Virus record (IMG/VR): IMGVR_UViG_3300035670_000180
Length of the DNA stretch: 64,000 bases
Strand: one strand, 5' to 3'
Origin: an uncultured virus (IMG/VR IMGVR_UViG_3300035670_000180)
Taxonomy: Duplodnaviria; Heunggongvirae; Uroviricota; Caudoviricetes
Shown here: positions 46,530-55,440 of the stretch, piece after piece
Layout of the letters: every line of letters starts with the position of its first letter
Numbering within the stretch: position 1 is the first letter of the stretch
Translations under genes and position numbers: made by a program
Notes under the pieces: model-generated
What the model saw: the letters and a program-made list of their open reading frames with translations, nothing else
Databases searched by the model: none
What the model was told of the DNA's origin: nothing

Positions 46530-47222
46530 GTGACGCAAGCACAAACAGCCGCATGGGACCGCGAGCCCGACGTCGAGGACGTGTCGCGGTCCCTGGTCGA
46601 GCACATCGCGGCCCGATCAATCCACGCCGAGATGACGCCAATGGCAAAGATCGCGCTCGACGGCGCGCTGGGCGTTGGGGACCTGCGGCGCATCGAGGAT
46701 CAGCTCGGCGGCATCGAGATCGTCGCGCCGCATCGCCTGAGCCCTGTCGAATATCTCGTGCAGCGGGGCACGCTTAGTGATCTCGAGCAGGCGGTCTGCC
46801 GCATGTACAGGCTCGACTACGACATGGCGATGGATCGGTCGTCCGGCGTGATGAATTACGACGCCATCGGGTTCCACGCGACCGAGCAGACCCGCCAGGA
46901 TCAGAAGCGCGGATGGACCGGCAAAGGGGCCGCGCGGACGGTGAGGGCTCGGGATATCGGCGCCGCCCGTCTGACGGCGATGCAGAGGCGGGGCGCGTTC
47001 GCGCGGGATCACTACGTGGCGGCGTGGCTGGCCGAGGCGATCATCGGGCGTGAGATGTTCCCGTCCGCCCTCGAGGGCACGCTGGGCTGCGGCTCGCGGC
47101 AGATCATGGCCCATTTCCGGGTGGCCCTGGCCGAGCTGGCCGCGTTCTACCGGCTGGCGGCTCAAGCCAAGCCGAGGCCGCGCGGAATTACGAGCTGGAA
47201 CGATGGGGACATGGCGAAATAG
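46530..47222 (+). CDS. Hypothetical protein, possible late-gene regulator
   Basis: Position after replication genes; preceded by operator-like site 46491-46505; C-terminal helical region. Confidence 0.5.
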   Translation: MTQAQTAAWDREPDVEDVSRSLVEHIAARSIHAEMTPMAKIALDGALGVGDLRRIEDQLGGIEIVAPHRLSPVEYLVQRGTLSDLEQAVCRMYRLDYDMAMDRSSGVMNYDAIGFHATEQTRQDQKRGWTGKGAARTVRARDIGAARLTAMQRRGAFARDHYVAAWLAEAIIGREMFPSALEGTLGCGSRQIMAHFRVALAELAAFYRLAAQAKPRPRGITSWNDGDMAK

Positions 47223-47502
47223 CGATTGCCGGGCCGTAGCTGGCCGCTGGCTGAGTTTTGTTGCGTGGTGGTGGGTATGGCTAGGGCCAATCGAAATGGC
47301 CGCCACGGGTCAAATTCAAGGGTTCTGCGTTCTGTAGCGTTCGAGTTGGCCCGTGGAATGCCGTTTGCTCGCGTTGGGGCTGCGCGCTGGCGGGCAAGGC
47401 GGGGTCGGCCGCTAGGGTACCCAAGGCTCCCGCAAACGGCCGCTGGCGAGCGAACTGGTGAAGATTTCTTGAGAGGCCCAATCGGGCAAGAGGGGGACGA
47501 CA

Positions 47503-47967
47503 ATGGCAGGCAGTCTGAACAAGGTGACGTTGATCGGCAGGGTCGGCAAAGACCCAGCGGTGCGGTCGTTCAACGATGGCAATCGCATGGCGACGTTCTC
47601 GCTTGCGACGAGCGAGAGCTGGAAGGACAAGGGGACGGGCGAGCGCAAGGAGAAATCCGAGTGGCATAACATCGTCGTCACCGGCGCGCTCGTCGGCACG
47701 GTCGAGCAGTACGTCAAGAAGGGGATGCTGCTCTACGTCGAGGGCCAGCTGCGGACCCGCAAATATCAGGACCAGAGCGGCGCCGAGAAATACTCGACCG
47801 AGATCACGCTGGGCGGATTCAACGGTTCGATCCAGATGCTGAGCCGGGCAGATGAGGCGGGCGGATCGCGTCCCGATCACCAAGCGCCGTCCGGCTACAG
47901 CGCGCCCGCCAAGGCAGCACCGGCCAAGGCCGCGCCCAAGATGATCGACGACGAGATTCCGTTCTGA
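47503..47967 (+). CDS. ssb: Single-stranded DNA-binding protein
   Basis: MAGSLNKVTLIGRVGKDP...EWH...YVEGQLRTRK; acidic tail DDEIPF. Confidence 0.97.
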   Translation: MAGSLNKVTLIGRVGKDPAVRSFNDGNRMATFSLATSESWKDKGTGERKEKSEWHNIVVTGALVGTVEQYVKKGMLLYVEGQLRTRKYQDQSGAEKYSTEITLGGFNGSIQMLSRADEAGGSRPDHQAPSGYSAPAKAAPAKAAPKMIDDEIPF

Positions 47968-47969
47968 TC

Positions 47970-48158
47970 ATGGAGCTTGGCAGCGGATATCGCGTCGATA
48001 GCCCAGGCGATGAGCAGGGCTGGACGTTCAAGGTAGGAGCCTGGGAGGCATTTGTTGTGCCCGGCTGGCGAATTAGCAGGATGGTGCCGAGCGAGCCGTA
48101 TCTGGTCCGCTCGGTCTGGAGAATAGGCCCGCTAGTGCTGATTCGCTGGGCTGTGTGA
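47970..48158 (+). CDS. Small hypothetical protein
   Basis: ORF immediately after ssb and before a terminator. Confidence 0.35.
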   Translation: MELGSGYRVDSPGDEQGWTFKVGAWEAFVVPGWRISRMVPSEPYLVRSVWRIGPLVLIRWAV

Positions 48159-48161
48159 GGC

Positions 48162-48192
48162 GATGCCGGGCCAAGTGTCCGGCATCTTTTTT
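48162..48192 (+). terminator. Intrinsic terminator-like hairpin
   Basis: GATGCCGG...CCGGCATC followed by TTTTTT. Confidence 0.6.
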
Positions 48193-48241
48193 GCAGAATC
48201 TGCAATTTTCTGTTGATCGCAGAATTGCGACGCACTATAGC
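48191..48241 (+). promoter_or_regulatory. Operator TTGCAGAATCTGCAA next to a sigma70-like promoter (TTGATC-N17-TATAGC)
   Basis: Read directly; upstream of a small-gene operon. Confidence 0.55.
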
Positions 48242-48287
48242 TAAGTCATCGCCAACGGCATTGCGCCAACCCGATAGGACGACGAAC

Positions 48288-48839
48288 ATGGCACACGCAG
48301 CAAAGCATTCCGGCACCTGCCAAGTCTGCGGCTCCAAGCAGAAGCTCCCGCGCGGAGTTCTCGCGCTCCACGGATACACAACAGCCCTCGGCTTTTTCTC
48401 CGGCACATGCCGGGGATCGGGCCACCTGCCGCTCGAACAGAGCTGCGATCTCGCCAAGCAAGCGGTCAGCTGGACCGAGGCCCGCATCGCGCAGCTCGAG
48501 GCGCAGGTGCGCTGCCTGACCGCCCCGCCCACCGAGGCGCGCGCATGGGTGCAGATCACCAAGTACGTCGGCCGCAAGACGATCAAGAGCGCCGCGAAGG
48601 TCGAGATCGAGGTCGACGGCAACGGGCGGCCCTTCTACGTCACCTGCGGGGATCGCCCGATGCGCACTTCGGCTTTCCAGCTCGGCATGCCATCGGCCAG
48701 CGCGCTCGAGATGGCCGCGCATCTCAACCGCCAGCACGCCAACGTCGTGACGCGGGAGATCGGCATGGCCGCCGCCTACCTCGCGGACCTGCGCCGCATG
48801 ATCGCTGCATGGCAGCCACGCCCGCTCATCGCAGCCTGA
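48288..48839 (+). CDS. Hypothetical protein with CxxC...HGY...CxGS zinc motif
   Basis: GTCQVCG...LHGY...CRGSGHLP; RBS AGGA. Confidence 0.65.
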   Translation: MAHAAKHSGTCQVCGSKQKLPRGVLALHGYTTALGFFSGTCRGSGHLPLEQSCDLAKQAVSWTEARIAQLEAQVRCLTAPPTEARAWVQITKYVGRKTIKSAAKVEIEVDGNGRPFYVTCGDRPMRTSAFQLGMPSASALEMAAHLNRQHANVVTREIGMAAAYLADLRRMIAAWQPRPLIAA

Positions 48840-48895
48840 TCTCAACGGAGGCGGCCTCAGCGCCGCCTTCCCAGCCCAATTAGGAGGACACGACG

Positions 48896-49102
48896 ATGGC
48901 TCAAGTGGCGACGAAACGCATCAAGGTCAGCAAGCAGACGCTGCACACTCTCGCCATGGCGGATCTTGTCCGGCTGCGCGCGCTGTGCAGGGCGGACGCC
49001 ATCACGGCGGACCGCATCGGCGACGACACCATGTGGATGAGGACAAGATCGTGGCACGATGCGATCAGCAAGGAATTGGATCGTCGCGGGCACAATATCT
49101 GA
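48896..49102 (+). CDS. Hypothetical protein
   Basis: RBS AGGAGG. Confidence 0.6.
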   Translation: MAQVATKRIKVSKQTLHTLAMADLVRLRALCRADAITADRIGDDTMWMRTRSWHDAISKELDRRGHNI

Positions 49103-49164
49103 CGCGACCAACGGCCCGGCCCTCAACTGAGGAGCCGGGCGCAAAAACCGAGGAGGACACGGCT

Positions 49165-49503
49165 ATGGCACGCATCAAATCATCAATCGCAGCAGCGGCA
49201 ATCTTCATTGGCGGGATCGGAGCCGCCCAGGCGCAAAGCCAAAAGGCGTTTCGGGAGGCCGTCGAGGCGATGGGCTCGCTCATTGCAGCCTCTGAGTTCT
49301 GCAGCATGCCACTTAGCCGTGAGGTCTCAACCTTTCTCGATAACCTCCCGGCATCGGCGCCAAACATGGCAGGCATCGCCAACGGCATGGAGCGGATGAG
49401 AACCCAACTTGAAAGCAACGCGCGCCGCATGGGCCGCGCCAACGCCTGCGCCGATCTTCGCCTGCGGATGAGAAATAGCAACGTCGGCGAGCTGCTTCGC
49501 TGA
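49165..49503 (+). CDS. Exported protein with signal peptide
   Basis: RBS AGGAGG; MARIKSSIAAAAIFIGGIGAAQA signal; two Cys. Confidence 0.65.
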   Translation: MARIKSSIAAAAIFIGGIGAAQAQSQKAFREAVEAMGSLIAASEFCSMPLSREVSTFLDNLPASAPNMAGIANGMERMRTQLESNARRMGRANACADLRLRMRNSNVGELLR

Positions 49504-49520
49504 TCAAGGAGGAGGACACC

Positions 49521-50075
49521 ATGACGGACGGAATTGACACGGACGAGCCCAAACGGAAGCGCAAGCGTGTGAAATGGGCGGACTACCGGCCATCCAATCT
49601 GGACCAAGCAGCCATCGACTGGACCCGGCAGAACATCAAGCGGATGGGACTCAAGAACAAGCACGTCGCTCATCACCTCGGTGTGTCGGAGCAGCGTTTC
49701 AGCAACAAGATGTGCGGCAAGAACCGTCTGAACATCATCGAGCTGCGCAAGTTGGCCGCGTTCTTCGGCGTGCCTCCGCCCAATTTTGTCAAAGAGCCGC
49801 AGACCGCCGATGTGTCGAGAGTCAGAATTATTGGGCGCATCGTCGAGCAGCCCGCACGTGAGGAGACAGCCATGACGCCAAACGAGATGAAGAGGGCCAG
49901 GGCAGCGCTGGAACTCACCCTGGACCAGATGGCCGAGATGCTCGGCTACGAGGGCACCCAGAGGCGCCAGCAGCAGTATGACCTGGAGACGGGGAAGAGG
50001 CCGATCAGAGGCTGCCAGCGGCGGCTCATTGAGGCGTATTTGGCCGGATGGCGCCCTGAGGACTGGCCCAGATAG
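49521..50075 (+). CDS. Double-HTH protein with internal in-frame start at 49872
   Basis: Two XRE-like HTH motifs; internal GAGGAG-N6-ATG. Confidence 0.7.
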   Translation: MTDGIDTDEPKRKRKRVKWADYRPSNLDQAAIDWTRQNIKRMGLKNKHVAHHLGVSEQRFSNKMCGKNRLNIIELRKLAAFFGVPPPNFVKEPQTADVSRVRIIGRIVEQPAREETAMTPNEMKRARAALELTLDQMAEMLGYEGTQRRQQQYDLETGKRPIRGCQRRLIEAYLAGWRPEDWPR

Positions 50076-50394
50076 CAGCAAAGGCCGAGATCAAGACGCG
50101 GAAACAGGGCGGGCAGCGGTGTCCGCCCTTTTTCTTTGCGGATTGTGCAAAGCAAGCATCTAGTATAAAACGCCCACATCGCGCAATAAAGTTGCGCGCA
50201 GGCCCGGGGAAGATAGAAAACCTTGCCATCGGCTCGAGATCAAACGATCCCAAAGTATTTCTACGCGAATCAGATAGACATCGCGTGTTCTTCGGAGCAC
50301 TCGAGCAGTCGTGCGCGCGTCATCTAGCAGTAAAACGACAGTATTTGCGGATACTTGCTTTGCCATTTTTGTTACTTGTTTCAAACACATAGCG

Positions 50395-50500
50395 TTGACA
50401 ACGGTACGTTGCTTCGGCATGTTTTGGTCACATTCGAGAATTGTCTGCGGATACTTGCAGACGAGAGCGGCGGTCCCAAGGCGGGCCGCCGTTTTGCTTT
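50395..50500 (+). promoter_or_regulatory. Candidate late promoter (TTGACA-N17-CATGTT) with downstream terminator hairpin
   Basis: Perfect -35 at 50395-50400; hairpin GCGGCGGTCC...GGGCCGCCGT-TTTGCTTT at ~50467-50500. Confidence 0.45.
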
Positions 50501-50775
50501 GGAGGCAAAGCCGTAACTGATCCCCGGCCTGAAGGCCGGGGCTTTCCAGGAGGGAGACTGACTGGGAGGCCATAGTTACCAGACCCCGGCGCAAGCCGGA
50601 GCCGCACTTAGAGAGGTTAAAGACCCACCCCGCCGTGCTTCCTCAGCGGCGGGCTCTGGAAATTCCGAAAGCAGACACGCCAGGTCAGGCACGAAACGGT
50701 TCGGAATATAGCCGCTCTTTTGCAAGGTCGAGGGGAACTTTACTGGGGCCGCAAGGCCAAACTCTAAAGACAGAA
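50493..50775 (+). ncRNA. IscB omegaRNA (HEARO-like); guide = 5' flank ending 50512; limits approximate
   Basis: GTAACT...AGTTACCAGAC pairing, TGCTTCCTCAGC...GCTCTGG, GGTCGAGGGG motifs typical of HEARO RNAs directly upstream of iscB. Confidence 0.8.
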
Positions 50776-52159
50776 AGGAGGTCGCAATGTCGGTGTTTGT
50801 TCTCGGGTCGGATAAGCGGCCTCTGATGCCGTGCTCTGAAAAGCGGGCTCGGCTTTTGTTGACGAGAAAGAGGGCGGCGGTCTTCCGGCGCTATCCGTTT
50901 ACGATCATCCTCAAGGATCGGACGCAGGACGACTGCGAATTGCAGCCGGTTGAAATCAAGCTCGATCCGGGCAGCAAGGTCACTGGCATCGCCGTTGTTC
51001 GCGGCGGCGCCGGCAACAAGCCAGACACGGTGCTTTGGCTCGCCGAGTTGGCCCATCGCGGTGCGGCCATACGCGACAAGCTGAAGGCCCGCGCAGCATT
51101 TCGTCGTCGTCGGCGCAGCAAGAACCTGCGCTATCGTCCGGCACGGTTCGATAACAGGACAAAGCCCAAGGGCTGGCTCGCGCCGTCGCTGCGGCACCGC
51201 GTCGAAACGACGATGTCTTGGGTTGAGCGCTTGCGGCGCTGGTGCCCCGTCACTGGCATCGCGCAAGAGCTTGTGCGTTTCGACATGCAAGCTATGGAAA
51301 ACCCGGAGATCTCCGGCGTCGAGTATCAGCGTGGGACGCTCGCCGGAACAGAGGTCCGGGAATACCTGCTCGCAAAGTGGGGTCGCGCCTGCGCGTACTG
51401 CGGCATCGCCGACGTGCCCCTCAACATAGATCACATTGAGCCTCGCGCTCGTGGCGGATCGAACCGCGTGTCCAACCTCTGCGTTGCATGTGTCTCGTGC
51501 AATCAGAAGAAGGGCGCGCAACCGGTCGAAGTATTTCTCGCCAAGCAGCCGAAGGTGTTGGCCCGCATCAAGATCCAGGCCAAGGCGCCGCTTCGGGACG
51601 CAGCAGCCGTCAACTCGACTCGCTGGGCGTTGTTCCAGGAGATCAAGGCAACAGGACTCGCGGTGCGCTGTGGGTCTGGAGGCCGCACAAAGTGGAACCG
51701 CTCGCGGCTTGGCATCCCCAAGACGCACGCCCTGGATGCAGCCTGCGTCGGCGAGACGGATGCGCTCGCAGGATGGCAGGCCCCAGCACTTGGAATCAAA
51801 TGCACCGGGCGCGGCGCGTACCAACGCACACGGCTAAATAAGTACGGCTTCCCGCGCGGGCATCTGATGCGGGGGAAGTCAGCGTTCGGTTTTCAGACCG
51901 GTGACATGGTGGTTGCCGATGTTGCGCGCGGAAAGAACTCCGGTCGCCATGTCGGTCGCGTTGCGATCCGCGCGAGCGGTTCGTTCAACATACAGACGCC
52001 GACGGGCGTCGTGCAGAATGTTTCTTGGAAGCACTGCACCACTATCGCTCGTGGCGATGGCTACAGTTTCTCGTAGTCTCGGCGGGTAAAGCCCGCGCTC
52101 GATGCGAGAACTCCTATCCCGCCCCGGCCTGAAGGCCGGGGTAACCCGGAGAAAAGTTG
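50513..52159 (+). mobile_element. Non-autonomous IS200/IS605-family IscB element
   Basis: CCCCGGCCTGAAGGCCGGGG hairpin at both ends (50522-50541, 52122-52141); removing the element rejoins GGAGGCAAAGCC|ATG. Confidence 0.85.
50787..52076 (+). CDS. iscB: RNA-guided endonuclease IscB
   Basis: PLMP N-terminus, RuvC-I LDPGSK, Arg-rich bridge helix, ELVRFD, HNH CAYC...DHI...GGSN...N...C..CN, RuvC-III HALDAAC. Confidence 0.95.
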   Translation: MSVFVLGSDKRPLMPCSEKRARLLLTRKRAAVFRRYPFTIILKDRTQDDCELQPVEIKLDPGSKVTGIAVVRGGAGNKPDTVLWLAELAHRGAAIRDKLKARAAFRRRRRSKNLRYRPARFDNRTKPKGWLAPSLRHRVETTMSWVERLRRWCPVTGIAQELVRFDMQAMENPEISGVEYQRGTLAGTEVREYLLAKWGRACAYCGIADVPLNIDHIEPRARGGSNRVSNLCVACVSCNQKKGAQPVEVFLAKQPKVLARIKIQAKAPLRDAAAVNSTRWALFQEIKATGLAVRCGSGGRTKWNRSRLGIPKTHALDAACVGETDALAGWQAPALGIKCTGRGAYQRTRLNKYGFPRGHLMRGKSAFGFQTGDMVVADVARGKNSGRHVGRVAIRASGSFNIQTPTGVVQNVSWKHCTTIARGDGYSFS

Positions 52160-52306
52160 ATGTCGTGCTCGGGATGCTCGAAGCGCAAGCAAGCCCTCGC
52201 AGGTGCCCGCACCGCCCAACAGGCGATCAAGCGGGCGGCGGTCGTCGCCAAGCACGCCGCGCGAGACCTCCGTAGGACCGTGCTGCCCTCCAGACGAGGG
52301 AGATAA
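52160..52306 (+). CDS. Small basic protein (48 aa, MSCSGCSKRKQAL...)
   Basis: CxxC N-terminus; ATG is the first base after the IscB element; element-derived GGAG upstream. Confidence 0.6.
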   Translation: MSCSGCSKRKQALAGARTAQQAIKRAAVVAKHAARDLRRTVLPSRRGR

Positions 52307-52324
52307 ATAGATCGGAGCGGGACC

Positions 52325-52951
52325 ATGGCCGGGTACAATGTCGCCATCGACGTGAAGCTGGACCTGCAACCCCTCGCTAACGCGTTGGCCGACCTACCCA
52401 AAGAGGCGATGGACAAGCGCATCGCCTGGGGGCTCAACAAGGCAATCCGCAAATTCGGCTCGGCGGCCCATCGCCAGCTCAAGACCGACACCAAGATGGT
52501 CCGGGGCGTGTCCCGGCTCAAGCGGGGCGTCAGCTATCGCAACGCCAGCGCCGGGAACCTTGAGGCCACGTATCGCATCCGCGACAAGAATCTCCCGATC
52601 ACGAAGGCCTACTTCAAGGCGTCGTACTCCAACTTCGGACGTGCTGGTGCAATGGCGCGCAACGGCGGCACCGCAACGCCCGCTGGTGCCAGCTGGCTAT
52701 CCTGGGACGCCAATCGTCTCGGGCGGCGCACGTTCCAGATCAAGGGCAAGAAGCCGGTATTCATCAGGCTCCGCAGCAACGGCGGCAAGAAGGTCGAGAC
52801 GGTGCGCGGCCCGAACCCGGCCGAGATGCTCCGGCTCTACAGCGCCCCATACGAGGCAGCCCTGCAAGCCGAAGGGCAGGAGCAGGTGCGCAGACAGATC
52901 GAGGCGTACCGCAAGGCCGAGGCCACAGTGAAGGCGCGCTACGGTCTATAA
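52325..52951 (+). CDS. Minor tail/neck protein (lambda gpZ-like)
   Basis: IAWGLNKA..., F.R.....VE...GPNP pattern; basic; RBS GGAG. Confidence 0.5.
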   Translation: MAGYNVAIDVKLDLQPLANALADLPKEAMDKRIAWGLNKAIRKFGSAAHRQLKTDTKMVRGVSRLKRGVSYRNASAGNLEATYRIRDKNLPITKAYFKASYSNFGRAGAMARNGGTATPAGASWLSWDANRLGRRTFQIKGKKPVFIRLRSNGGKKVETVRGPNPAEMLRLYSAPYEAALQAEGQEQVRRQIEAYRKAEATVKARYGL

Positions 52952-53335
52952 CATCGAGGCCCGCCCATGCGCCCATGCCGCTCCTGCGAGTACTGCATCC
53001 CCGCAATCCTCGGGCCAACGGATGATCGATGCGCATTCGATCATCGCAACGGCGTTGTGCCGCCCACCGCCGCCTATCCCACGACCGAGTGGATGAGATC
53101 GCCAGCAGCACCATGCGGGCCATCGGCAAGGGCGCATCGCCCGATAGTGGCGCATAGCATTGGCGCCGCCCATGAAGCGATGCACGTCGCCCAGACAGGG
53201 CGCACGGGGCCACTCGTAGTCGCATGATGCGCATTGCTCGCCCATAGGAAGGCGCAGACAGGGGCTTCGTGACGTAGCTATGGGTGCCTATGGGGCCCCT
53301 AATGAGGCCGCCAGCGGGCCGCCATGAGCGAACCA

Positions 53336-53374
53336 GGGTCCTCTGCCAAGGGGTGCCATATGGCGCGGCGAAAC
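53336..53374 (+). other. Candidate cos site (cosQ-like GGGTCCT and cosN-like GCGCGGCGAAAC)
   Basis: Resembles lambda GGGTCCT...GGGCGGCGACCT with similar spacing, upstream of the terminase region. Confidence 0.45.
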
Positions 53375-53512
53375 CCAGCCCCGCTTTCTGTTCAGCTAAC
53401 GTCGTATTTTCTGGTTGTAGTCTGGTTCTGGCTGCACCAGGAAGTTGCGCTCGCCGCCACGGGCGCCAGCATTGGGATAAGCAACTCAAGCAACTAGAGG
53501 ATGTGCTGGGGG

Positions 53513-54874
53513 ATGGCCGCCAAGCCGCAGAAAAAGCCGACAAAGACGAGCAAACCGACGAAGGCGAAGCCTGCCGAAAAGCAGGACGCCATCGCGCAGC
53601 CACAACCTATCGGCGAGAAGCACGTCGAATGGACGTGGCTGCCAATCGATGATGTTCGGCCGTATGAGCGCAACGCGCGCGTGCATTCGCCTGCACAGAT
53701 CGAGCAGATCAAGGCATCGCTCGACACGTTCGGCTGGCAGAACGCCATCCTCGTCGATGCGAACCGCGTTGTGATCGCTGGGCATGGCCGCCTCGAGGGC
53801 GCTCGCGCTCGCGGCGACAAGGTCGTCCCGGTCGTCGTTGCCACCGATCTCGACGAGATGCAGGTCAGGCTCTACCGGCTGGCGGACAACAAGATCGCCC
53901 TCAACAGCGCGTGGGACGAGGACCTTCTCTCTGCTGAGATGACCGACCTTGCTGCCCTTGATCTCAACTTGAACGTCACGGGGTTCGACGGTCTGGAGCT
54001 CGACAAGCTCCTCACGCATTTCCTCGGCGACGACGGTGGCGGCATGACCGACCCCGACGAGGCGCCGGAGCCGCAGCCTAATCCGGTGACGGTGCCGGGC
54101 GACATATGGCTGCTCGGCTCCCACCGCATCATCTGCGGAAGTTCGACCGACGCCGCGACGGTTGCTGCCGTCCTTGCAGGGGCAAAGCCGCATCTGATGG
54201 TGACGGACCCTCCGTATGGGGTCGAGTATGATCCTGATTGGAGAAACAAAGCCGAACGGGCCAACGGCAAGAAGATAGGTGCCAAAGCTGTCGGCGTCGT
54301 TTCAAACGACGACAAGGCCGACTGGCGCGAGGCGTGGGCGCTTTTCCCCGGCGATGTAGCCTACGTCTGGCATGCCGGAAACAAGGCAGACATCGTCGCA
54401 CGCAGCTTGAACGAATGCCGCTTTGCGATTCGCGCCCAAATTGTCTGGGCGAAGAATCAGCTTGTGATCGGGCGTGGCGACTACCACCCGAAGCACGAGC
54501 CGTGCTGGTACGCCGTCCGCGACGGCAAGACGGGCCATTGGAACGGCGACCGCAAGCAGACGACGCTCTGGGAAATAGACAAGCCGCGCAAGAGCGAGAC
54601 GGGGCACAGTACGCAGAAGCCTGTCGAGTGCATGCTGCGACCGATCCGCAACAACAGCCAGCCGGGCGATGCGGTCTATGAGCCGTTCTCCGGGTCAGGA
54701 ACGACAATCATCGCCGCCGAGATGTCCAAGCGGCGGTGCCACGCCGTGGAGCTGAACCCGGCTTACGTCGATGTGGCGGTCAAGCGCTGGCAAGAGTTCA
54801 CCGGCCAGGAAGCGGTCCACGAAAAGTCTGGCGCGACATTCGCCGCCATCCAGGCCATGCGAAAGGCAGCATAA
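53513..54874 (+). CDS. ParB-domain-fused DNA N6/N4 methyltransferase
   Basis: PYERNARVH...IAGHGR ParB domain; TDPPY, HSTQKPV, EPFSGSGTT motifs. Confidence 0.92.
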   Translation: MAAKPQKKPTKTSKPTKAKPAEKQDAIAQPQPIGEKHVEWTWLPIDDVRPYERNARVHSPAQIEQIKASLDTFGWQNAILVDANRVVIAGHGRLEGARARGDKVVPVVVATDLDEMQVRLYRLADNKIALNSAWDEDLLSAEMTDLAALDLNLNVTGFDGLELDKLLTHFLGDDGGGMTDPDEAPEPQPNPVTVPGDIWLLGSHRIICGSSTDAATVAAVLAGAKPHLMVTDPPYGVEYDPDWRNKAERANGKKIGAKAVGVVSNDDKADWREAWALFPGDVAYVWHAGNKADIVARSLNECRFAIRAQIVWAKNQLVIGRGDYHPKHEPCWYAVRDGKTGHWNGDRKQTTLWEIDKPRKSETGHSTQKPVECMLRPIRNNSQPGDAVYEPFSGSGTTIIAAEMSKRRCHAVELNPAYVDVAVKRWQEFTGQEAVHEKSGATFAAIQAMRKAA

Positions 54875-54877
54875 TCC

Positions 54878-55417
54878 GTGTCGGATCGATTGACTCCGAA
54901 CGAGCTTGCGAAGGTGTGGGGCGTATCGAGGCAAGCTGTCGACAAGCAAATTAAGAATGGTCGCCTCACGGTTGGGGCCGACAAGAAGATCGCGCGTGCT
55001 GACGCTGATCGGGTGCGCCTCGAGCTCAATCCCAACATCGCAGCAAAGGAGGCGGAGGCGAGGGCGCTTGGTGGGCAACAGTCAGCCCAACAGGATCAAT
55101 CGCATCCGATTGTCCAGGCACGCACGATGGAGGCGGTCTACAAGGCCAAGCAGCGGGAGCTTTCGTTCAAGCTCCAAGCTGGTGCGCTTGTGCCGGTGCA
55201 GACCATCAAGAACGAGGGATTCGAGGCTGCCCGTGCGGCACGCCTCCATATCATGGCGATCCCCCAGCGGCTCACCGCTGAGATCGTGACGTGCCTGTCA
55301 CTCCCTCGTGATCAAGTCGAGCCCGCAATACGGCGAATCCTCGAACGCGAGGCGAAAGCGGTCCTTGGGAACCTCATCGAGGCCCTGGAGCAGATCACCG
55401 CCCGCGAGGCCGCCTGA
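54878..55417 (+). CDS. Terminase small subunit (Nu1-like)
   Basis: N-terminal HTH (ELAKVWGVSRQAV), ...GALVPV...MAIPQRL coiled-coil region. Confidence 0.75.
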   Translation: MSDRLTPNELAKVWGVSRQAVDKQIKNGRLTVGADKKIARADADRVRLELNPNIAAKEAEARALGGQQSAQQDQSHPIVQARTMEAVYKAKQRELSFKLQAGALVPVQTIKNEGFEAARAARLHIMAIPQRLTAEIVTCLSLPRDQVEPAIRRILEREAKAVLGNLIEALEQITAREAA

Positions 55418-55440
55418 GCGCGCCCAAACAGGAAACCACC

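Noticed and set aside
52967..53227. 86-aa ORF with CxxCxxC start
   Set aside because: No clear RBS or family motif; may be real but cannot be supported from sequence alone.
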